IMG/VR virus record: IMGVR_UViG_3300042434_001127
Reading direction: 5' to 3' (one strand)
DNA length: 64,000 nucleotides
Source: an uncultured virus (IMG/VR IMGVR_UViG_3300042434_001127)
Lineage: Duplodnaviria > Heunggongvirae > Uroviricota > Caudoviricetes
This document shows, piece by piece, positions 40,364-49,968 of the stretch. Each line of letters starts with the position of its first letter. Positions within the stretch are counted from its first letter, which is position 1. Below the pieces are notes generated by a model. It made no database searches. It was given only the letters and a program-made list of their open reading frames with translations, and was not told where the DNA came from. The position numbers and the translations under genes are program-made.

Positions 40364-40996
40364 ATGCCTTCGATTCAACAAATCCCAAATTCAGGATCTG
40401 ACGGAAGATTTCTAGATAACTTCAAGGGAAGACTAGCAGGTGGTGGTGTTCGCCCAAATCTATTTGAGGTTGAAATTCCTTTTCCAGCAGCAGCTCTTCC
40501 TAATGGAGTTAATGAGTCCCAGATCAACGACAAGGTTAGATTCCTTGTAAAAGCTGCCTCATTACCAGCTTCAACGATTACCCCAATCCCAGTTCCTTTC
40601 AGAGGTAGAACTCTTCAAATTGCTGGAGACAGAACCTTTGAACCATGGTCAGTAACAGTTATTAATGACACAGACTTTGCTCTTAGAAATTCTTTTGAGC
40701 GTTGGATGAACTTCATCAACAGAGTTTCTGATAACTCGGGTCAAATTGATCCTTCAGCTTATCAAGTTGATGGTAAAGTTTATCAGTTAGGTAGAGCACC
40801 TACAACCGCTGCTACTGCAAGTGCTCAGAATATCCCCGTTCTGAGATACTACAATTTCCATGGCATTTTCCCATCTTCAGTTTCAGCTATTGCATTGTCA
40901 TATGATGCAAACAGCCAGATTGAAGAATTCCAAGTTGACTTCCAAGTTCAATGGTGGGAAGCATATAATGGTTCAAACGGCGTTGAAGTAAGATAA
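40364..40996 (+). CDS. gp19: Tail tube protein gp19
   Basis: GGVRPNLFEV; PFRGRTLQIAGDRTFEPW; TAAATA at 40331-40336. Confidence 0.96.
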   Translation: MPSIQQIPNSGSDGRFLDNFKGRLAGGGVRPNLFEVEIPFPAAALPNGVNESQINDKVRFLVKAASLPASTITPIPVPFRGRTLQIAGDRTFEPWSVTVINDTDFALRNSFERWMNFINRVSDNSGQIDPSAYQVDGKVYQLGRAPTTAATASAQNIPVLRYYNFHGIFPSSVSAIALSYDANSQIEEFQVDFQVQWWEAYNGSNGVEVR

Positions 40997-41025
40997 TAAA
41001 TAGTTAAAAGTTACTTCAAAACGTA

Positions 41026-42768
41026 ATGGCTCTGTTTGGTTTTTCAATTGATGACGGTTATAAAAAGCCTAAGAAGCAAGTATCCCCCGTTCCTCCTAAT
41101 AATGAGGACGGGGTTGACTACTACATTTCTTCAGGCTTTTATGGTCAATATGTAGATATTGAAGGTGTATATAAAACCGAGTATGATTTGATTAAAAGAT
41201 ATCGTGAAATGGCTTTGCATCCTGAAGCAGACAAAGCTATTGAAGATGTTGTAAACGAAGCTATTGTATCAGACTTAAATGATTCTCCTGTAGAAATTGA
41301 ATTATCAAACTTGAATGTAGACGATAATATTAAAAATATCATTCGTGATGAGTTCAAGTACATCAAAGAATTGATGGACTTTGATAAAAAAGCTCATGAA
41401 ATTTTTAGAAATTGGTACGTTGATGGTCGTGTATTTTACCATAAAGTAATTGATCTTGAGAATCCTCAAAATGGTATTCAAGAAATTAGATATATTGATT
41501 CACTTAAAATTAAATTTGTAAGAGAATTAAAGAAAAAAGATAACCGTAATATTGTTGACATTCAAAATGTCAACACTCTTTCTAGAGAGATTGGTGTTGA
41601 AAAGTTAGACTTTCCCGATATAGAAGAGTATTTTGTTTATACTCCTAAGAGTCAAGGATATTCAACTGGCGCTAGTGGATATGGTAAAGGTGTTAAGTTA
41701 GCGAAAGATTCCGTAACTTATATTACTTCGGGTCTTGTTGATCGTAACAAGATGACTGTTTTATCATACTTACATAAAGCAATCAAGTCTCTCAATCAAC
41801 TTCGTATGATTGAAGATTCTCTGGTTATTTACAGATTGTCTCGTGCTCCAGAGCGTAGAATTTTCTACATCGATGTAGGTAATCTTCCTAAAATCAAGGC
41901 GGAACAATATCTTCGTGATGTAATGTCGCGTTATAGAAATAAACTTGTCTATGATGCATCAACTGGTGAAGTTCGTGATGATAAAAAGTTTACCAGTATG
42001 ATGGAAGATTTCTGGCTACCTCGTAGAGAAGGTGGTCGTGGAACTGAAATCACCACTCTTCCTGGTGGACAGAATCTTGGAGAACTTGCAGATATTGAAT
42101 ACTTCCAAAAGAAACTTTATCGTTCCTTAGGTATTCCTGAATCTAGAATTGCTGCAGACGGTGGATTTAATTTAGGAAGATCTTCTGAAATTCTTAGAGA
42201 TGAAATCATGTTCTCTAGATTTGTAGGGAGATTGCGTAAAAGATTTAGCAATGTATTCCATGATCTACTAAAGACTCAATTAGTTCTTAAAAATATCATC
42301 ACTCCACAAGATTGGGAATGGATGAGTGATCACATTCAATATGATTATGTTTACGACAATCATTTTGCTGAACTAAAAGAAACAGAATTAATGAATGAAA
42401 GAATTTCTCTTCTTCAGCAAGTAGAGCCTTATGTTGGAAAATATTATTCTAATGAGTATGTAAGAAGAAAGATCTTACGCCAGACCGAAGAGGAAATGAT
42501 CGAAATTGATTTCCAAATTGCGGATGAACTTAACACAGGTATTATTCCACCACCTACTCAACCAACCGATCTTGAAACTGGAATGCCAACTGATTATGTT
42601 CAAAAAACAGGTCAGGATCTTATTAAGAAAACTCAAAAGCAAAATGCAAAAGATCTTGAGATTGGGTTAGGGAAACCTGTTAAAGATCCGCAACCTAGTG
42701 AAAAAGCAGCAAACGTAAAAGCACCAGAAGCGGACAAAGTAGATACTAAGAAAACCAACAAACTATAA
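41026..42768 (+). CDS. gp20: Portal protein gp20
   Basis: YRLSRAPERRIFYIDVGNLPK; EDFWLPRREGGRGTEITTLPGG; ATAAATA at 40996-41002. Confidence 0.98.
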   Translation: MALFGFSIDDGYKKPKKQVSPVPPNNEDGVDYYISSGFYGQYVDIEGVYKTEYDLIKRYREMALHPEADKAIEDVVNEAIVSDLNDSPVEIELSNLNVDDNIKNIIRDEFKYIKELMDFDKKAHEIFRNWYVDGRVFYHKVIDLENPQNGIQEIRYIDSLKIKFVRELKKKDNRNIVDIQNVNTLSREIGVEKLDFPDIEEYFVYTPKSQGYSTGASGYGKGVKLAKDSVTYITSGLVDRNKMTVLSYLHKAIKSLNQLRMIEDSLVIYRLSRAPERRIFYIDVGNLPKIKAEQYLRDVMSRYRNKLVYDASTGEVRDDKKFTSMMEDFWLPRREGGRGTEITTLPGGQNLGELADIEYFQKKLYRSLGIPESRIAADGGFNLGRSSEILRDEIMFSRFVGRLRKRFSNVFHDLLKTQLVLKNIITPQDWEWMSDHIQYDYVYDNHFAELKETELMNERISLLQQVEPYVGKYYSNEYVRRKILRQTEEEMIEIDFQIADELNTGIIPPPTQPTDLETGMPTDYVQKTGQDLIKKTQKQNAKDLEIGLGKPVKDPQPSEKAANVKAPEADKVDTKKTNKL

Positions 42769-42795
42769 ATAATATAAGATTTTATAAGTAATTTC

Positions 42796-42972
42796 ATGGA
42801 AACAAATGATTTTATTGGGATGGTGATGTCCGACGCACCAGCTGCGGAACTTACTGATGCAATCAAGCAACTGCTTTATCAAAAAAGCGTTTCAATGATT
42901 GATGAGTTAAAGCCTGTCATTGGTGCTCAAATGTTTGACCCAACTATGGAAACCGAGGATCAAGATGTATAG
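42796..42972 (+). CDS. Small acidic protein (58 aa) at the prohead-core (gp67-like) position
   Basis: METNDFIGMVMSDAPAAELTDAIKQLLYQKS...; TATAAATA at 42764-42771; not in the ORF track. Confidence 0.6.
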   Translation: METNDFIGMVMSDAPAAELTDAIKQLLYQKSVSMIDELKPVIGAQMFDPTMETEDQDV

Positions 42973-43231
42973 GTTAAAGGTAAAAGGTAATGAGGCTAAT
43001 TTAGCCACAGGAATTGGTAATAGCACTACTGTTGGAAGTGCAACTCTCGTTAGAGTTGTTAATGCTTCTGGTGGTTCTGTTGTAGTTGTAATAAGAAATT
43101 CTACATATTCTGGAATTGGTTCTATTACAATGCTAAACAACACTTCCGAAGTTATTGAAAAAACAGCTAGTGATTTAATTCATGTTTTAGGTGGTACGGT
43201 TCAAGTTGCAAAAGTAGGATTTACCCAGTAA
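42965..43231 (+). CDS. Small putative virion protein
   Basis: ATG 42965 overlaps the previous stop; GIGN/GIGS tags; lies between gp20 and gp21. Confidence 0.65.
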   Translation: MYRLKVKGNEANLATGIGNSTTVGSATLVRVVNASGGSVVVVIRNSTYSGIGSITMLNNTSEVIEKTASDLIHVLGGTVQVAKVGFTQ

Positions 43232-43235
43232 AACA

Positions 43236-43880
43236 ATGAAACTAATTACAGAGCAAATCGAGAATATTCAAGTTCTCACCGAAGAAAAGAATGGTAAAAC
43301 CAGTCTTTATATTACAGGGCCTTTTCTTCAAGCAGAAATTACAAACCGCAATGGTCGTTGCTATCCCTTCCCAATTCTTGAGAGAGAAGTTGCAAAGTAT
43401 ACCCAAAAGTATATTAAAGAAGGAAGAGCACTTGGAGAACTTGGTCATCCCGATGGGCCAACGGTAAATTTAGATCGTGCATCACACATGATCACAAGTC
43501 TAAAAGCAGAAGGAAATAATTTTATTGGTAAAGCAAAAATCCTCGACACTCCAATGGGTAACATTGCTAAGTCACTTCTTGATGAAGGAGTGAAGCTTGG
43601 TGTTTCTTCAAGAGGTATTGGATCTCTTGTTGAGCGTAATGGTATCAAGTATGTTGGTGATGATTTTATGCTTTCAACTGCTGCTGATATTGTAGCAGAT
43701 CCTTCCGCACCTGATGCATTTGTTCAAGGTATTATGGAAGGTAAGGAGTGGATTTGGAATAATGGAGTTTTAGCTGAAAAAACTTTACAGCAAATTAATT
43801 CATTAACACCAACAATCGATAAAAAAATCCGCGAAGAGCGTCTTCTCAAAGTATTCAATGAGTACTTGAGAAATCTATAA
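43236..43880 (+). CDS. gp21: Prohead protease gp21
   Basis: MKLITE; ALGELGHP; LGVSSRG; DIVADPSAPDAFV. Confidence 0.97.
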   Translation: MKLITEQIENIQVLTEEKNGKTSLYITGPFLQAEITNRNGRCYPFPILEREVAKYTQKYIKEGRALGELGHPDGPTVNLDRASHMITSLKAEGNNFIGKAKILDTPMGNIAKSLLDEGVKLGVSSRGIGSLVERNGIKYVGDDFMLSTAADIVADPSAPDAFVQGIMEGKEWIWNNGVLAEKTLQQINSLTPTIDKKIREERLLKVFNEYLRNL

Positions 43881-43882
43881 TT

Positions 43883-43890
43883 TATAAATA
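43883..43890 (+). promoter_or_regulatory. Late promoter
   Basis: TATAAATA before gp22. Confidence 0.8.
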
Positions 43891-43931
43891 AATATTAGAA
43901 TAAAGATAATCAATTTTATTCGGAGAGTACA

Positions 43932-45020
43932 ATGTCTGCTGGTAATTTACAAGAAATGGAATTAACGTCACAAGCCAAGCAATCAAAGACTGCGGTTAAT
44001 GCTGGTGCTAAGCCTGCTGAACCAATGCCCTCAAATGGAGAATTTGTTGCTGGTGTTCCTGGGCAATCAATCACCGACTTAGGTGGCCCAACCCCTTTCA
44101 ACTATCGTTCAACTGACGATTCTTCTAAATTAGCTACTCAAAACGTGAAAACCGTTAGAGATGTAGTTAATGCTAAAGCAGCTAGAGCTGAAGAAGTTGA
44201 AGTTGAAGAAGATCAAGAAGTTGTTTCTGAAGAAGAAGCTCTTGAGCAAGAAGAAGTTGCTGCGGAAGAAACTGTAGAAGAAGAAGCTGAAGAAGAAGCA
44301 GAACTTGAGTTTAACGTTGAAGAGGATGTGAAAGCCATTTTTGGTGACGAAGATCTCTCCGAAGAATTTAAGGAAAGAGCAGCTCTTGTTTTTGAAGCTG
44401 CACTAAGATCAAAAGTAGATGAAGCTGCTGAAATTATTCAGAAGCGTTATGAAGCTGCTCTTGAGGAAAATGTTGCTGCTATTGAAGCACAATTAACCGA
44501 AAGAGTAGACTCATACCTTGAGTATGTTGCTGGTGAATGGCTTGAGGAGAATGCTCTTCAAGTTGAGACTGGCATCAAGGCTCAACTTGCGGAGTCATTC
44601 ATGACAAACCTCAAGGGTCTTTTTGAAGAACATTATGTATCAATCCCTGAAGATAAATACAATGTGCTTGAGAGCATGGTCGCAAAACTTGATGACATGG
44701 AATCAAGACTCAACGAGCAAATCGAAAGAAATATTCAGTTAAACCAAAGACTTAGCGAATCCGTATCAGATGGAATTCTCTATGATGTCTCAAGAGGTCT
44801 CGCTGAGACCCAGAAGAGCAAGCTCGCAAGTCTGGCTGAAAGTGTTGAGTTCGTAAGTGAAGAAGACTATCGTGAGAAACTGGAAGCATTAAGGGAGTCA
44901 TACTTCCCAAGAAATCCAGTTACTCCAGAAAGAGAAGATGAAATGCTAGGCAGTGACTCGGAAGTTGTTTCCGAATCAATGAATGCCTATCTACAGGCTA
45001 TTTCAAAATTTTCTAAGTGA
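43932..45020 (+). CDS. gp22: Prohead core scaffold gp22
   Basis: Very acidic; LSEEFKERAALVFEAA; YLEYVAGEWLEEN; lies between gp21 and gp23. Confidence 0.93.
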   Translation: MSAGNLQEMELTSQAKQSKTAVNAGAKPAEPMPSNGEFVAGVPGQSITDLGGPTPFNYRSTDDSSKLATQNVKTVRDVVNAKAARAEEVEVEEDQEVVSEEEALEQEEVAAEETVEEEAEEEAELEFNVEEDVKAIFGDEDLSEEFKERAALVFEAALRSKVDEAAEIIQKRYEAALEENVAAIEAQLTERVDSYLEYVAGEWLEENALQVETGIKAQLAESFMTNLKGLFEEHYVSIPEDKYNVLESMVAKLDDMESRLNEQIERNIQLNQRLSESVSDGILYDVSRGLAETQKSKLASLAESVEFVSEEDYREKLEALRESYFPRNPVTPEREDEMLGSDSEVVSESMNAYLQAISKFSK

Positions 45021-45071
45021 TTTTAATATTATAAAGTAAACACTTTTTCCAAGACAGGAGAAAACACGCAA

Positions 45072-46472
45072 ATGTACAACTCACAACATTTGCAAGAAAA
45101 GTGGGCTCCTCTTCTAAACTGTGAAGGTCTTGATTCCATCAAGGATTCATACAAGAAGAGCGTTACCGCAATCTTGCTAGAAAACCAAGAGCAATTCTTA
45201 CGCTCTGAACGTATGCTCACAGAGGCTTCACCAACCATGTCAGCAGGCACTGGCGGTTTTGGTGGTGGTACTTATGGTACTGCTGCTGCAACTGGTCCTG
45301 TTGCTGGTTTCGACCCCGTTTTAATCAGCCTCATTCGCCGTTCAATGCCTCAGCTTATCGCTTATGATATCTGTGGCGTTCAGCCTATGACTGGCCCAAC
45401 TGGTCTTATCTTTGCGATGAGAACCCGTTACGCTAACCAGTCTGGAACCGAAGCATTCTTCAACGAAGCTGATACCGCATTCTCGGGTCAGAACAAGCAG
45501 CAGACCCTTAGTGCTGGTTTCGCTGATGCTAATGCTGGTATCGGTACAACCACTCAGCGTGGTTCCAACCCTGCAATCCTCAATGACATCGGTGTTGTTG
45601 CTGGTATTGGTTCAACCGATTACAACGTCGGTGGTGGCATGGCTACTGGAGAGTCTGAAGCTCTCGGTGATAGCGGAACAAACACTTTCGCAGAAATGGC
45701 ATTCTCGATCGAGAAAGTCACCGTTGCTGCAAAGTCAAGAGCACTCAAGGCTGAGTACAGCTTAGAGCTTGCACAAGACCTCAAGGCTATCCACGGTCTT
45801 GATGCTGAAGCTGAGCTTGCTAACATCCTCTCAACTGAAATCCTCGCTGAAATCAACAGAGAAGTTGTTAGAACCATCTACAAGATCGCTGAAGCTGGTG
45901 CTCAGACCAACACTGCTACCGCAGGCTATTTCGACCTCGACGTTGACTCCAACGGTCGTTGGTCAGTTGAGAAGTTCAAAGGTCTTCTCTTCCAGTTAGA
46001 GCGTGATGCTAACGCTATCGCTCAAAGAACTCGTAGAGGAAAGGGCAACACCATCATCTGCTCTGCTGATGTTGCGTCTGCTCTCACCATGGCTGGTGTA
46101 CTTGATTACACCCCTGCCCTCAACGTAGGTCTTAATGTTGATGACACTGGTAACACCTTCGCTGGTGTTATCAACGGTAAGTATAAGGTTTATATCGATC
46201 CATATTCGGCTAACGTTTCTGCTCAGCAGTACTACGTTATCGGCTATAAGGGTCAGAATCCTTATGATGCTGGTCTCTTCTATTGCCCATACGTTCCTCT
46301 CCAAATGGTTCGTGCCGTTGGTCAGGACACCTTCCAGCCTAAGATTGGCTTCAAGACCCGTTATGGAATGGTTGCAAACCCATTCGCTGAGGGTACTAAC
46401 CAAGGCTCAGGCGCTCTTCGTGTTAACGCCAACCGTTACTACAGAAGAGTACAGGTTACCAACCTCATGTGA
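45072..46472 (+). CDS. gp23: Major capsid protein gp23
   Basis: KWAPLL; GVQPMTGPTGLIFAMR; KSRALKAEYS; FYCPYVPLQM; QPKIGFKTRYG. Confidence 0.99.
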   Translation: MYNSQHLQEKWAPLLNCEGLDSIKDSYKKSVTAILLENQEQFLRSERMLTEASPTMSAGTGGFGGGTYGTAAATGPVAGFDPVLISLIRRSMPQLIAYDICGVQPMTGPTGLIFAMRTRYANQSGTEAFFNEADTAFSGQNKQQTLSAGFADANAGIGTTTQRGSNPAILNDIGVVAGIGSTDYNVGGGMATGESEALGDSGTNTFAEMAFSIEKVTVAAKSRALKAEYSLELAQDLKAIHGLDAEAELANILSTEILAEINREVVRTIYKIAEAGAQTNTATAGYFDLDVDSNGRWSVEKFKGLLFQLERDANAIAQRTRRGKGNTIICSADVASALTMAGVLDYTPALNVGLNVDDTGNTFAGVINGKYKVYIDPYSANVSAQQYYVIGYKGQNPYDAGLFYCPYVPLQMVRAVGQDTFQPKIGFKTRYGMVANPFAEGTNQGSGALRVNANRYYRRVQVTNLM

Positions 46473-46491
46473 GTCACTCTCCGATTCACTC

Positions 46492-46517
46492 AGACCCCCG
46501 CAAGGGGGTCTTTTTTT
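46492..46517 (+). terminator. Intrinsic terminator after gp23
   Basis: AGACCCCC-GCAA-GGGGGTCT followed by a T tract. Confidence 0.9.
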
Positions 46518-46546
46518 ATCTAAATATTTAAAAGTCCTGATTAATA

Positions 46547-47101
46547 ATGGCATTTCCAAATCAAATTGCCAATAGAAATTTCTTATCTCCTATTGGGTTT
46601 AAGTTTATTTTATCAAAATATCCCAAGGTAGATTTCTTTAGCAATAAAGCAAATATCCCTGGCATTACATTAGGAGTAGCCGTTCAACCTACATACTTAA
46701 AAGATATTCCTGTTCCTGGTGACAAACTAGAGTATGACGATTTAAGTTTGACTTTTATTGTTGATGAGAACATGGAAAATTATCTAGCCATTTATGACTG
46801 GATGGTTGCCTTAGGATATCCAGAAAATGTAAGTCAGTTTAATGAATTAAGGTTAGAAGATAGATACTACCCTGCGGACAGCAGCAAAGATATGTACAAC
46901 CAGTATTCTGATGGTGTACTTCAAATTTTAAATAGTAACTATCAACCAAAGTTTCAAGTTAAGTTTAAAGATCTATTTCCAGTATCTTTAACCACATTAG
47001 AATTTGATGCTACAAACACTGACTACAGTTATTTTAGTGCAACTGTCACATTCAAATACACAATCTTTCAAATGAAAACCATTGGTGGAGCTATTTTATG
47101 A
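46547..47101 (+). CDS. gp3: Tail tube terminator/completion protein gp3
   Basis: NFLSPIGFKF; PGDKLEYDDL.LTFIVDENMENY; TAAATA at 46521-46526. Confidence 0.9.
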   Translation: MAFPNQIANRNFLSPIGFKFILSKYPKVDFFSNKANIPGITLGVAVQPTYLKDIPVPGDKLEYDDLSLTFIVDENMENYLAIYDWMVALGYPENVSQFNELRLEDRYYPADSSKDMYNQYSDGVLQILNSNYQPKFQVKFKDLFPVSLTTLEFDATNTDYSYFSATVTFKYTIFQMKTIGGAIL

Positions 47102-47529
47102 CCCTTGATGAAATTCAGGATATGTGGGAAACCGACTCTGTTATTGATCCTGATAATTTACATTTAGAATCTTTAAAGATTCCACAATTACATGCAAAAT
47201 ATTTCAAAATTTATAACAATTTAAAATTACTAAGTAAGAAAAATTACTATGACATGAGTGTCGTTAAAAAAGATCGACATGAATATTACAGTGGCAAAGC
47301 AGATCCTGAAGTTTATACCGTGGAACCTTTTCCTTTTAAAGTTCGTGATAAAGAAAGTATGGTTCGTTATCTAGATGCAGATAAAAAACTTACTGACATG
47401 AAACTGAAAACTGAGCTTTATGAAACTATGATAAATTATATTGAAGACATTCTTAAAGTAATTCTTAATAGAACCTATCAAATTAAGAATGCCATCGAAT
47501 TTCAAAAATTTACTGCTGGTTATAGTTGA
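47098..47529 (+). CDS. uvsY: Recombination mediator UvsY
   Basis: ESLKIPQLHAKY; EYYSGKA; RTYQIKNAIEF. Confidence 0.9.
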   Translation: MTLDEIQDMWETDSVIDPDNLHLESLKIPQLHAKYFKIYNNLKLLSKKNYYDMSVVKKDRHEYYSGKADPEVYTVEPFPFKVRDKESMVRYLDADKKLTDMKLKTELYETMINYIEDILKVILNRTYQIKNAIEFQKFTAGYS

Positions 47530-48992
47530 TGAGTCACTTAGTTATCTCTAAAAAGAATGAAGTCTATCTAAAGATCCAATCAGAACCACACGTATTACAA
47601 GAACTTTCAGATAGATTTACCTTTGAAGTACCTAACGCAAAATTCATGCCCCAATATCGTAGAAGATTTTGGGATGGAAAAATACGATTGTTCTCCACAC
47701 ATACAGGAGAAATTTATGTTGGACTATTAGATAAAGTTATAGCATTTTGTGAAAAATTAAATTATACTTATGAGTTTCGTGATAGCAAATTTTATGGAGT
47801 GCCATTTGAAATTAATGACATGATATCTCGTGAAGGTGTCACGGATTACATGAAAAAGATTTCAAAGTATCCTCCCAGGGATTATCAACTGGATGCAGTC
47901 TACAGGGCTCTAAGATACAACAGAGGTCTTTTAATTTCACCCACAGCATCTGGTAAATCTTTAATGATTTATTCCGTTGTCAGATATTATGCTGAAAAGG
48001 GAATGTCAATTCTTATTGTTGTTCCAACAACTTCTCTCGTTGAACAAATGTACAAGGATTTCCAAGACTATGGTTGGGATGTTGAAAATTATTGTCATAA
48101 AATTTATTCAGGAAGAGAAAAAAGCAATGAAATGCCAATAACAATTACAACTTGGCAATCTATCTACAAGTTGGAGAAAAATTGGTATTCAGGTTTTGAT
48201 GTTGTTATTGGTGACGAAGCACATTTGTTTAAATCAAAATCTTTGGTTGACATCATGACCAAACTTTTAGATTGTAAATATCGTTTTGGTTTTACTGGAA
48301 CATTGGATGGAACACAAACACATAAGTGGATTTTAGAAGGTTTATTTGGACCTTCATACAAGGTAACCAAGACAAAGGAGTTAATTGATAAAGGACATAT
48401 ATCAAAACTTGACATTAAAATTTTATTGCTTAAGCATGAGGCTCAAAAGTTTAACACTTATGAAGATGAAATTCAATATTTGATTTCCCATTCTAAAAGA
48501 AATAATTTTATTAAAAATTTAAGCCTTGATTTAAAAGGTAATACCTTGATTCTCTATAGTAGGGTCAACACTCATGGACGGGTCATTTATGACATAATAA
48601 ATAGTAGCGTAACAAATGATCGTAAAGTATTTTTTGTTTATGGTGGTGTTGATGCTGAGGAACGTGAGGAAGTAAGAAAGATTACAGAGCTTGAAAACAA
48701 TGCAATAATCATTGCTTCTTACGGAACATTCAGTACAGGTATCAACATCAAAAACCTTCACAATGTTATCTTTGCCTCACCATCCAAATCAAGAATCAGA
48801 AATCTTCAAAGTATTGGTAGAGTATTAAGAAAAGGAAATCAAAAAGAAAAAGCTGTTCTTTATGATATCTCTGATGACATTTCAACAAAAAATCTAAGAA
48901 ACTATACTCTTAATCATCTTATGGAAAGAATTAAAATTTATAATGAAGAATCATTTAATTATGAAATTGTTACAGTTAGTATGAAAAAATGA
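47526..48992 (+). CDS. uvsW: SF2 helicase UvsW
   Basis: SPTASGKS, DEAH, GFTGT, LQSIGRVLR. Confidence 0.96.
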   Translation: MMSHLVISKKNEVYLKIQSEPHVLQELSDRFTFEVPNAKFMPQYRRRFWDGKIRLFSTHTGEIYVGLLDKVIAFCEKLNYTYEFRDSKFYGVPFEINDMISREGVTDYMKKISKYPPRDYQLDAVYRALRYNRGLLISPTASGKSLMIYSVVRYYAEKGMSILIVVPTTSLVEQMYKDFQDYGWDVENYCHKIYSGREKSNEMPITITTWQSIYKLEKNWYSGFDVVIGDEAHLFKSKSLVDIMTKLLDCKYRFGFTGTLDGTQTHKWILEGLFGPSYKVTKTKELIDKGHISKLDIKILLLKHEAQKFNTYEDEIQYLISHSKRNNFIKNLSLDLKGNTLILYSRVNTHGRVIYDIINSSVTNDRKVFFVYGGVDAEEREEVRKITELENNAIIIASYGTFSTGINIKNLHNVIFASPSKSRIRNLQSIGRVLRKGNQKEKAVLYDISDDISTKNLRNYTLNHLMERIKIYNEESFNYEIVTVSMKK

Positions 48993-49381
48993 TAGAAGAC
49001 GATTTCTTAGCATCTATAAAGTTAAGAACAGGTGAGGAAGTAATTTCTTCCGTATGTGCATCAGATGAAGATACTGGTATCATTTTAATTCTTGATAATC
49101 CTATTGTTATGAAAGAACATGATACTCCATTAGGTACAGTTGTACGTGTTGAACCTTGGATTAAATATGCAGGAGAGACAATGCACTTTGTTGATATGGA
49201 TGATGTTATTACAATGTGTGAGGTTACAGATGAAAAGATAATCTCTGTCTATGATCAATATGTAAAGGAAGTACAGTTTGGTTCTGGTAAGATAAAACCT
49301 ACTAGAAAGATGGGATACATATCTAAACTAGAGGAATACAGAAAAGACTTAGAGAAACTCTATAAATCCTCTAATAATTAA
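48989..49381 (+). CDS. Hypothetical protein (Sm-like fold possible)
   Basis: IKLRTGEEVI...LDNPIV...PWI; lies between uvsW and gp55. Confidence 0.7.
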   Translation: MIEDDFLASIKLRTGEEVISSVCASDEDTGIILILDNPIVMKEHDTPLGTVVRVEPWIKYAGETMHFVDMDDVITMCEVTDEKIISVYDQYVKEVQFGSGKIKPTRKMGYISKLEEYRKDLEKLYKSSNN

Positions 49382-49412
49382 TAAAGATATTTTTATCAAC
49401 CTTAGCAAAGGT

Positions 49413-49441
49413 ATTATAGCCATATTCGGGAGTCTTGTCAA
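49413..49441 (-). promoter_or_regulatory. Perfect-consensus sigma70 promoter, antisense
   Basis: Minus strand TTGACA-17-TATAAT. Confidence 0.75.
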
Positions 49442-49463
49442 GTCCCCCTTTTTATGTTAGAAT
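49435..49463 (+). promoter_or_regulatory. Sigma70 promoter for gp55
   Basis: TTGTCA-17-TAGAAT with extended -10 TG. Confidence 0.7.
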
Positions 49464-49485
49464 AAGACCACTAACGGATCGAATT

Positions 49486-49968
49486 ATGGCTAAACGAAGG
49501 GCTAATGCAGAACACTACGTCAATAACAAACAGTTCCTTGAGGCACTGACTGACTTCAAAACATCAGTCAATAAGGCAAAGGATCGAGGTGACCCAAGAC
49601 CACGTATCCCAAGATACATTGGTGAGTGTTTCCTCAAGATTGCAACACACCTATCATACAAACCAAATTTTGTCAACTACATGTTCCGTGAAGACATGAT
49701 ATGTGATGGTGTAGAAAACTGTGTTCAGTATATTGATAACTTTGATATCAATCGTGGCAATCCCTTCGCATACTTTACTCAAATTATTTACTATGCATTC
49801 CTTCGTAGAATTGAAAAAGAAAAGCGTCAGCTAGATATTAAAACTAAAATTTTAGAGCAATCTGGATTTGACGAAGTGTTTGTTTCTGATGGAAATATTT
49901 TAGACTCTAGTGATTCTGATTACAATACTATTAAAAGTAATGTCCATCAAAAAATGACGTATAACTGA
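49486..49968 (+). CDS. gp55: Late sigma factor gp55
   Basis: HYVNNKQF; YIGECFLKIATHLSYKPNF; NPFAYFTQIIYYAFLRRI; ATG 49486 preferred. Confidence 0.96.
   Translation: MAKRRANAEHYVNNKQFLEALTDFKTSVNKAKDRGDPRPRIPRYIGECFLKIATHLSYKPNFVNYMFREDMICDGVENCVQYIDNFDINRGNPFAYFTQIIYYAFLRRIEKEKRQLDIKTKILEQSGFDEVFVSDGNILDSSDSDYNTIKSNVHQKMTYN

Noticed and set aside
36197..48992. Inteins, introns or homing endonucleases in gp17, gp20, gp23 or uvsW
   Set aside because: ORFs are continuous and of expected size; no LAGLIDADG, HNH, GIY-YIG or intein-terminal motifs recognised
49435..49485. Upstream in-frame starts in the ORF track (49435 for gp55; also 61901, 58126, 42920, 34542)
   Set aside because: These extensions overlap promoters or upstream genes; downstream ATGs fit SD or coupling better
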